Positions 25,768 through 32,000 of a stretch of 32,000 nt of DNA are shown one piece after another (position 1 is the first letter of the stretch; every line of letters starts with the position of its first letter). Source of the stretch: an uncultured Bacilli bacterium (GTDB taxonomy: Bacteria > Bacillota_I > Bacilli_A > RF39 > UBA660); assembly GCA_910584085.1 (NCBI GenBank), contig CAJTZY010000001.1:172567-204566 (forward strand). The letters are read 5' to 3'. The notes under the pieces are model-generated. The model searched no databases. It worked only from the letters and a program-made list of their open reading frames with translations, and had not been told where the DNA came from. A program made the position numbers and the translations under genes.

Positions 25768-26160
25768 ATGAAAGTTATAACAATAAAACAGCCTTTTGCT
25801 ACATTAATTGCAGAGGGAATAAAAGAATATGAATTTAGAACTTGGAAAACAAAATATAGAGGGGAAGTATTAATTCATGCTGGAAAAGGTATTGATAAAA
25901 AAGCTATGAAAAAATATGAACATCTAAACTTAGAGTATCCAAGTGGTTGTATTATAGCACGCGCTGACCTAACTGATTGTATTTATATTGATGAATTTGC
26001 TAGAAAAATGTTAAAAGAAAAAAATTCATTAGTATATTCACATGTTATTAATGATATAAGTAGTAAAAATTTTGGTTTCAAGTTAGAAAATATTAAAAAG
26101 GTGAATCCAATACCAACTAATGGGAAACTTAGTTTATGGGATTATGACTATAAAGAGTAA
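25768..26160 (+). CDS. ASCH domain protein (PUA-like fold)
   Basis: ORF 25741..26160. AGAGGAAAA then the ATG at 25768. MKVITIKQPFATLIAEGIKEYEFRTWKTKYRGEVLIHAGK is the typical ASCH N-terminal pattern. Confidence 0.7.
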   Translation: MKVITIKQPFATLIAEGIKEYEFRTWKTKYRGEVLIHAGKGIDKKAMKKYEHLNLEYPSGCIIARADLTDCIYIDEFARKMLKEKNSLVYSHVINDISSKNFGFKLENIKKVNPIPTNGKLSLWDYDYKE

Positions 26161-26176
26161 TTTATAAGGAGAAGTT

Positions 26177-27052
26177 ATGAACAGATTTAAAAGTGTAAAA
26201 ATTGCTAGTATACTAGGAATAATTGGAAATATATTTTTACTTGTAATAAAAGGTATAATTGGATTTGTCACAAATAGTCAGGCTATGATAGCTGATGCAT
26301 TTAATAGTGCTGGGGATATACTTTCATCAATTATGACATTTATAGGAAATAAAATAGCAAGCATTCCATCAGATGAAGATCATAATTTGGGACATGGTAA
26401 AGCAGAATATATTTATTCAATGTTAATAAGTGTAATTATGATTTCAACTGCACTAATAGTTCTTAAAGATTCAATACTCTCAATATTTAGTAATAATACT
26501 TTGAATTTTTCAATATGGCTTGTAATAGTGTGCATAACGACTATAATAGTTAAATTTTTTCTATTTGTATACACAAATAAATTATCAAAAAAATATAATA
26601 ATTTACTTATAAAAGCAAATTCAAATGATCATAGGAATGACTGTGTTATAACACTATTTAATTTAATATCAGCTCTATGTACACTTATTAACATATATTA
26701 TTTAGATGGTATAGTGGGATCATTAATATCCATATGGATGATAATTACATCAGCAAAAATATTTAAAGAAAGTTATAATGTACTTATGGATAAATCCATT
26801 TCAAATGAAACAAAGCAAAAAGTTTACGATATAATAAAAAAACATAAAGAAATAAAAAGAGTAAGTAATTTCAATTCAACGCCAGTAGGATATAAATATC
26901 AGATATCACTTACTATTTACGTGGATGGTAATATGAGTACATTTAAAAGTCATAAAATAGCAGATAAATTGGAACGTGAAATAGGGAAGAATTTAGAAGA
27001 AATTTATTTAACAGTTGTACACGTTAATCCAATTAAAGTAGATAAGGAGTAA
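26177..27052 (+). CDS. cation diffusion facilitator (CDF) family metal efflux transporter
   Basis: Six TM helices with ADAFNSAGD (TM2) and NDHRNDC (TM5) metal-site motifs. Cytoplasmic C-terminal domain. AAGGAGA RBS. Confidence 0.85.
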   Translation: MNRFKSVKIASILGIIGNIFLLVIKGIIGFVTNSQAMIADAFNSAGDILSSIMTFIGNKIASIPSDEDHNLGHGKAEYIYSMLISVIMISTALIVLKDSILSIFSNNTLNFSIWLVIVCITTIIVKFFLFVYTNKLSKKYNNLLIKANSNDHRNDCVITLFNLISALCTLINIYYLDGIVGSLISIWMIITSAKIFKESYNVLMDKSISNETKQKVYDIIKKHKEIKRVSNFNSTPVGYKYQISLTIYVDGNMSTFKSHKIADKLEREIGKNLEEIYLTVVHVNPIKVDKE

Positions 27053-27054
27053 AT

Positions 27055-27522
27055 ATGTCATTAAATAAAGTTAAAAAATATTTTGAAAAATATAATATAA
27101 GTGATAGAATTATAGAACTTGATGTATCATCAGCAACCGTAGAACTTGCAGCACTCGCATTAAAAACATCTGAGAGTAGAATAGCTAAAACTTTGTCATT
27201 TATTTTGAATGATAAACCAATATTGATAGTCATGTCTGGAGATGTGAAAATTGACAACTCAAAATATAAAAGTTATTTTAATTCAAAAGCACATATGATT
27301 CCAAAGGAAGATGTTGAAGTCTTAATAGGACATGACATTGGTGGTGTTTGTCCATTTGGAATAAACGATAATGTATTAGTATATTTAGATACATCATTAA
27401 AAAGATTTAAAACAGTATTTCCAGCTTGTGGAAGTTCTAATAGTGCAATAGAACTTACTATAGAAGAACTGGAAAAATATTCAAATTTTACTGACTGGAT
27501 AGATGTATCTAAAATTATATAG
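27055..27522 (+). CDS. YbaK/EbsC-family aminoacyl-tRNA deacylase-like protein
   Basis: About 155 aa, with SRIAKTL...IGHDIGGVCPFG...VFPACGSSNSAIEL, the YbaK/ProX-type editing-domain pattern. Confidence 0.75.
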   Translation: MSLNKVKKYFEKYNISDRIIELDVSSATVELAALALKTSESRIAKTLSFILNDKPILIVMSGDVKIDNSKYKSYFNSKAHMIPKEDVEVLIGHDIGGVCPFGINDNVLVYLDTSLKRFKTVFPACGSSNSAIELTIEELEKYSNFTDWIDVSKII

Positions 27523-27620
27523 AAGGAATATCAGTGGATAATATTTTTTTCATTAATTTAATCTCCATATTGTTATTTGAATTATGTGATAAATTTATAT
27601 TTTAAATACCTTAAAAAAAT

Positions 27621-27648
27621 TTGACAAATTCATTTTTTGTGATATAAT
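27621..27648 (+). promoter_or_regulatory. near-consensus sigma-A promoter
   Basis: TTGACA (27621-27626), 16-nt spacer, TGaTATAAT (27640-27648). Confidence 0.55.
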
Positions 27649-27713
27649 ACAAAACATATATTAAAAAAACGAAACTATGTACGTCTTTGGGAGAAGAAAG
27701 AGGGTTATGTTTA

Positions 27714-28469
27714 ATGAATAAAGATTATGTTTACATAGATGGTAAAGCTATAATAAGTGATGAAAATGGACACAAGGAGCCAATTGAATATTATGATAAC
27801 TTAGATAAAGTATTAGTCCAAGAAAATTTAATTGAGAGTATGCAAAATGCAATTAATGAGTTAAAGAAAAAAAGTGCATTATATAATAAAATGAATAAGG
27901 GTCATTATATTCCAATAGCTATTCTTACATTATTAATATTTTTAACCATAATTTGTCCTGCATTTTTAAGTTATGCAAGTGATGGTAAAGCATTTAATAC
28001 ATTAATAGAAACTAATGTTGGAACATTCAATGTAGGGGCTCTTATTATTGCTGTAATAGGTTGTATTTCAACTCCAATCTTCACTCTTCTTGAATCATAT
28101 TTATACAAGCAATATAAGGATGCAAAAAAAACAGAAAAGGGAATTAATAGTGAATTAGAATTTTTAGAAAAACAACTTGAAAAAGAAACCGAAAAATTAG
28201 AAAGTTTGAAGCAAGAAAAAACAAAAAATAATGAAGATAATAGTTTTAGGACTGTTAAAGTTGATGATTTACAACAATTAAAAATGTTAAGAAATTATTT
28301 ACAACTTTATTTTGATTTAGGATATAATGGTGAAAAATATTATCAATATTATGAACAAGGTAAATTAGATAAAAAGTTAGAAAAAAATTATGATGGTGAA
28401 GCAATAGAACTTGCGAAAGAATATCTGGAAGAAAAAGGACCTATAAAAAGTAAAGGTAGCAAAAAATAA
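27714..28469 (+). CDS. hypothetical membrane protein with a C-terminal coiled coil
   Basis: ORF 27687..28469. AGAGGG then the ATG at 27714 is the likely start. Two central TM helices are followed by a Glu/Lys-rich heptad-like region (LEFLEKQLEKETEKLESLKQEK). Confidence 0.65.
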   Translation: MNKDYVYIDGKAIISDENGHKEPIEYYDNLDKVLVQENLIESMQNAINELKKKSALYNKMNKGHYIPIAILTLLIFLTIICPAFLSYASDGKAFNTLIETNVGTFNVGALIIAVIGCISTPIFTLLESYLYKQYKDAKKTEKGINSELEFLEKQLEKETEKLESLKQEKTKNNEDNSFRTVKVDDLQQLKMLRNYLQLYFDLGYNGEKYYQYYEQGKLDKKLEKNYDGEAIELAKEYLEEKGPIKSKGSKK

Positions 28470-28479
28470 ATTTATTATA

Positions 28480-28524
28480 AAAAACATAATTGTGAAAAAA
28501 AGAACAGTTATGTTTTTTGTTTTA
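28480..28524 (+). terminator. AT-rich hairpin terminator
   Basis: aaaaacataa (28480-28489) pairs with ttatgttttt (28508-28517) around an 18-nt loop, followed by a T-rich tail. Confidence 0.45.
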
Positions 28525-28662
28525 TTGTAAAAATAGTAAAAAATGTTATAATAATTGTGTAAAAACGTTTAATTGCAACCGAAAAGTTACAAAAAACAAC
28601 CTAAAATTGGTAGAACGCAACCAGTTGTATAAGTATAATTTTGTGTAGAAAGGAGAGAAATT

Positions 28663-30246
28663 ATGAACTTATCAGATAACTTAAAAAAGATAAGAAAAGA
28701 TAATAACTTATCACAAGAACAACTTGCAGAAAAACTTGGAGTATCAAGACAATCTGTTTCAAAATGGGAGTCGGGTTTAGCATACCCAGAAATGGATAAA
28801 GTGCTACAAATATGTCAAATGTTTAATCTTAATGTTGATGAACTTCTAAATCAAAATATTAAGGAGGTAAAAGAAAGCAAAGAATCAAAAGCGAGTGTTA
28901 ATAAATTTATAGATGACTTTTTGAACTATATAACAAAAACAATAGATATGCTTTCAAGTATGAAATTTAGAGAAAAAATAAAATGCTTATTTGAGCAAAT
29001 CATTGTTTTATCTCTTTTAACTTTAGTTTTTGTAATAATAGGAGCCTTAGGATTATTTCTATATGATAGTATATTTTCATTTCTACCAACAGGTATATAC
29101 TATAATCTATCGGGAATTTTAGGAACTTTATATATTGTATTTAGTGTAATAGCTGGAGTAGGTATTTTTTTACATATATTTAAAGTAAGATACTTAGATT
29201 ATTATGTAATAGTAAAAGGTGATAATGATAAAGTAGATTTATCACAAAAATATGATGAAAATTCAAAAGATGAAATAAAACAAGAAAATAAAGACGATAA
29301 AATATATATAGAAAAAAAGCAAGAAAAAATAATTATAAGGGACCCAAATCATTCACAATATAGATTTATAAAAGGAATATTAAAATTTGTTATACTTTTA
29401 ATTAGAGCATTTGCTATTTTCGTTGCACTTGGATTTTCACTATTACTCGTATTTCTTGTTATGTGTACAGTTTTATCATTTGTAATAATCAAGTCGGGAG
29501 TTTTATTCCTTGGAAGTTTTATAACAATAATTGCTTGTATAGTATTAAATTTAGTATTGTTATACATTCTTTATAATTTTATATTTGGTAAAAAAATCAA
29601 AACGGATAAAATTGCCTTAATATTTATAATTTCAATTATTTTGACAGGTACTGGAATAGGATTTGCAACAATTGGAATTAAGGATTTATATTATATAGAT
29701 GATATTAATTCAAAGTATTATAGTAATCAAGAAATTACAATAGAAATGAAAGATGATTTAGTAATAAAAAATGATTATTATGATCGAGATGTAGAATACA
29801 TAGAAAGTGACAATTCAGATTTAAAGATAGTATGTAGACATTCAAAATATTATATATGTGATTTTGATAATTATACATATAATTATCAAAATGGGGTAAA
29901 TATCCATGTTTATGAAGAATCATCTAGTTTTATGGATCATTTAAGAGACAGTTTGAATGATTTAAATAATAAGAATATAGTAGATTATTCCAAATCAAAA
30001 ATATATATCTATACAACAAAAGAAAATATTGAAAAATTAAAATTAAATTTGGAAAAATATATTGCTGATGAAGAAATAAGAAGAAGAAATGAATATGAGG
30101 AGAGAATATCAGAATTATTAAATGAAAATTATCAAAATAAAGATGAGATTTATAACTTGAAGCAAGAATTAATAGAGAAAGATAATAAGATAAATGAGCT
30201 TCAAGAAATTATAAATAATTATGAAAATAATACAGAAATTGAATAG
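28663..30246 (+). CDS. XRE-family HTH domain protein fused to a multi-TM region and a C-terminal coiled coil
   Basis: The N-terminus LSQEQLAEKLGVSRQSVSKWESG is a Cro/C1-type HTH. At least 6 TM helices follow, then a coiled-coil tail (EIYNLKQELIEKDNKINELQEII). GAAAGGAGAG RBS. Confidence 0.8.
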   Translation: MNLSDNLKKIRKDNNLSQEQLAEKLGVSRQSVSKWESGLAYPEMDKVLQICQMFNLNVDELLNQNIKEVKESKESKASVNKFIDDFLNYITKTIDMLSSMKFREKIKCLFEQIIVLSLLTLVFVIIGALGLFLYDSIFSFLPTGIYYNLSGILGTLYIVFSVIAGVGIFLHIFKVRYLDYYVIVKGDNDKVDLSQKYDENSKDEIKQENKDDKIYIEKKQEKIIIRDPNHSQYRFIKGILKFVILLIRAFAIFVALGFSLLLVFLVMCTVLSFVIIKSGVLFLGSFITIIACIVLNLVLLYILYNFIFGKKIKTDKIALIFIISIILTGTGIGFATIGIKDLYYIDDINSKYYSNQEITIEMKDDLVIKNDYYDRDVEYIESDNSDLKIVCRHSKYYICDFDNYTYNYQNGVNIHVYEESSSFMDHLRDSLNDLNNKNIVDYSKSKIYIYTTKENIEKLKLNLEKYIADEEIRRRNEYEERISELLNENYQNKDEIYNLKQELIEKDNKINELQEIINNYENNTEIE

Positions 30247-30247
30247 T

Positions 30248-30270
30248 AAAAAGCACAAAATGTGCTTTTA
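30248..30270 (+). terminator. intrinsic terminator after the HTH membrane protein gene
   Basis: aaagcaca (30250-30257) pairs with tgtgcttt (30261-30268) around a 3-nt loop, flanked by A and T runs. Confidence 0.6.
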
Positions 30271-30426
30271 AGTTTGCTTAATTATAAACTATCATTTTAT
30301 TGAAAAATTATCATATTTACTTGATTTAATATATACAAATAGTATATAAATATTTTGAGGTATAATTTGATTAGTTGGTGTTTTACTCTTACTACATCTT
30401 TCGATGTTAGAGAAGAGGTGATTTCT

Positions 30427-30516
30427 ATGATTATAAAAATTATAGAAAGGATTAATTCATTTGGAATTAGTAGTTATATTTGTAACTATTGTGTTATACA
30501 CAATCTTAATTCTTAG
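30427..30516 (+). CDS. possible 29-aa small ORF inside an orphan transcription unit
   Basis: AGAGGTG RBS at 30413-30419, ATG at 30427. Translation: MIIKIIERINSFGISSYICNYCVIHNLNS-stop. A strong terminator lies about 20 nt downstream. Coding status is unproven. Confidence 0.3.
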   Translation: MIIKIIERINSFGISSYICNYCVIHNLNS

Positions 30517-30537
30517 AAATAAGGATTAACTTAAACG

Positions 30538-30573
30538 AAAACACCAATCATCATGTGATTGGTGTTTTCTTTA
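30538..30573 (+). terminator. strong intrinsic terminator (13-bp perfect stem)
   Basis: aaaacaccaatca (30538-30550) pairs with tgattggtgtttt (30556-30568) around loop tcatg, followed by cttt. Confidence 0.75.
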
Positions 30574-30744
30574 AAAAAACATTTCAAGAGAAAACATCTA
30601 ACTCGGAAAATCAAATGTATCTCTTTTTTATTATATGAGAATCTTCTCACTACATACATAATAACATATTATATACTATTTGTCAATTTTTAAAATGTAA
30701 AATAATTATAGTAATTTTGTGTTATAATTTAAGTAGGTGTTAGT

Positions 30745-31101
30745 ATGTATAGGAATATTGAAGAGTTATTTTTAAATCTTTCTAAATCAAAATTTAGAAG
30801 TAATTTCAAATTAAAGCGGAAGGATATAGATTATATTAAAGATAAAGGTATTGAAGAAATAGAAAAACATGCGTATAAATTTGTGCATGATAGATTGTCT
30901 AGCAAAATTATTCTAAATGATGGGAAACAAACTCCAATGAGAGGACACCCTGCATTTATCGCACAACATGCAACAGCAACTTGTTGTAGAGGTTGTTTGT
31001 TTAAGTGGCACCATATACCTAAAAATAAAGAACTTACTAAAGAAGAAATAGAATATATAGTAAGTGTGATAATGGCTTGGATTAAAAAAAATTATCAATA
31101 G
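30745..31101 (+). CDS. DUF4186 domain protein
   Basis: MRGHPAFIAQHATATCCRGCLFKWHHIP matches the DUF4186 signature as I recall it. TGtTATAAT extended -10 at 30720-30728 and an AGGTG RBS. Confidence 0.75.
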   Translation: MYRNIEELFLNLSKSKFRSNFKLKRKDIDYIKDKGIEEIEKHAYKFVHDRLSSKIILNDGKQTPMRGHPAFIAQHATATCCRGCLFKWHHIPKNKELTKEEIEYIVSVIMAWIKKNYQ

Positions 31102-31109
31102 GGGGACTT

Positions 31110-32000
31110 ATGATTTTAAATGTTAGTGGTAGAACAGATATAGTCGCATTTTACTCTGAATGGTTTATGAATAGATTAAATGCTGGATTTGTCGATGTAA
31201 GAAATCCATTCTTTCAAAAGAAAGTAAGTAGGATATATTTTGATGATGTAGATGCTATAGTATTTTGTACAAAAAATCCAATACCTAGTTTAAAATATTT
31301 GAAATTAATAACTAAACCTATTTTATACAACATAACAATCACACCATATAAAAAAGATATAGAGCCAAATATTCCACCTAAAGGAGAAATAATAAAGGCA
31401 GTAAAAGAAATATCTAAAATAGTTGGAATAGATAGCATTTATATTAGATATGATCCAATATTATTAAATGAAAAATATACACTTGAATATCACATAAAGG
31501 CGTTTGATAATTTGTGCAAGATTTTAAATGGATATGTGAAACATATTATTATATCTTTTATAGATGATTATAAAAATGTTAGAAATAATAATGGTATATT
31601 AAAAATAAAAGAATTTACAAAGGAAGATTTTAAACAAATAGGGATTAACTTTAGTAATAGTGCGAAAAAATTTGGAATGACTGTTCAGACATGTTCAGAA
31701 GAAGAAAATTTAACCGAATATGGATTCATTAAACAAGATTGTATAAGTCCTTCTTTAGCTTTCAAATTAACTGGGAAAACTAATTTTAAAAGATGGACAT
31801 CTCGCAACAATAAAAATTGTAATTGTGTAAATATGGTTGATATAGGTATGTATAACTCTTGTAAACATTTTTGTAAATATTGTTATGCGAATTATGATGA
31901 GAAAAAAGTTATTACTAATTTTAATAATCACAATCCAAATTCAAGTCTTTTAATAGGAAACTTAGAAAGCGATGATATAATACAAATTAGAGAATATTAA
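31110..32000 (+). CDS. DUF1848 domain protein with a C-terminal Cys cluster
   Basis: The N-terminus ILNVSGRTDIVAFYSEWFMNRL..GFVDVRNPF...IVFCTKNP...IRYDPI is the DUF1848 pattern. C-terminal CNC...CKHFCKYCYA is a CxxxCxxC motif. The stop codon is at 31998-32000. Confidence 0.78.
   Translation: MILNVSGRTDIVAFYSEWFMNRLNAGFVDVRNPFFQKKVSRIYFDDVDAIVFCTKNPIPSLKYLKLITKPILYNITITPYKKDIEPNIPPKGEIIKAVKEISKIVGIDSIYIRYDPILLNEKYTLEYHIKAFDNLCKILNGYVKHIIISFIDDYKNVRNNNGILKIKEFTKEDFKQIGINFSNSAKKFGMTVQTCSEEENLTEYGFIKQDCISPSLAFKLTGKTNFKRWTSRNNKNCNCVNMVDIGMYNSCKHFCKYCYANYDEKKVITNFNNHNPNSSLLIGNLESDDIIQIREY

Noticed and set aside
28560-28640. A reiterated gcaacc/acaacc motif (28575, 28597, 28617) upstream of the XRE-HTH gene might be an operator.
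   Set aside because: The pentamer and hexamer matches are short, irregularly spaced and lack dyad symmetry. I cannot distinguish them from chance without comparative data.
1533-31438. Many 60-100-aa antisense or out-of-frame ORFs appear in the track: 1533-1757, 2003-2188, 2269-2508, 4188-4421, 10607-10891, 15796-16029, 16519-16773, 17512-17703, 17824-18135, 18481-18702, 22320-22532, 23005-23223, 23428-23610, 24638-24928, 24925-25107, 27033-27257, 29349-29567, 29735-29923, 30913-31098 and 31214-31438.
   Set aside because: Each lies wholly inside a longer ORF on the opposite strand or in another frame that has recognisable motifs. They lack RBSs and have the Ile/Phe/Leu/Tyr-rich composition expected from shadow frames of AT-rich coding DNA.
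1-32000. CRISPR arrays, tRNA or rRNA genes, additional VR copies.
   Set aside because: I saw no regularly spaced direct repeats and no cloverleaf-like GC-rich segments. The distinctive strings cccgcgcgg and ggttgtcgtcca occur only in the single TR and the single VR.

Overview
This is a very AT-rich window that looks like a Firmicutes or Clostridia chromosome. It is almost entirely coding on the + strand. I found no rRNA, tRNA, CRISPR array, transposase or integrase.

Three blocks stand out.

(1) Positions 1-6.7 kb hold housekeeping and accessory genes: a membrane thioredoxin-fold protein, a long RpoD-like sigma factor, an ABC-2 exporter (ATPase plus two permeases) and a CaCA antiporter.

(2) Positions 6.8-14.7 kb hold a vanG-type (D-Ala-D-Ser) glycopeptide-resistance cluster. 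The order is vanR, vanS, an S11 DD-carboxypeptidase, vanW, a vanG-like ligase, vanXY, then vanT. vanT is split into a membrane ORF and a racemase ORF at an A5 run.

(3) Positions 14.9-20.9 kb hold the most interesting locus, a complete diversity-generating retroelement (DGR): Avd-like protein, template repeat (TR) and reverse transcriptase (RT). Its variable repeat (VR) is not at the C-terminus of a surface protein. It sits in the N-terminal lectin-like module of a MoxR-like AAA+ ATPase. That ATPase is translationally coupled to a Walker-A-less AAA fragment and to a DUF2201-type HExxH-metallopeptidase/vWA protein. TR and VR differ only at TR adenines: 11 substitutions plus one single-A deletion. 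In this sequence the deletion frameshifts the target gene.

The remaining 20.9-32 kb encodes a DMT transporter, a GH5 endoglucanase, a DUF3298 protein (- strand), a LiaF-like/DUF4097 pair, an ASCH protein, a CDF transporter, a YbaK-like deacylase, two membrane/coiled-coil proteins (one with an XRE HTH domain), a small orphan transcription unit and a DUF4186-DUF1848 pair.

All product calls come from motifs I read in the translations. No database search was possible.
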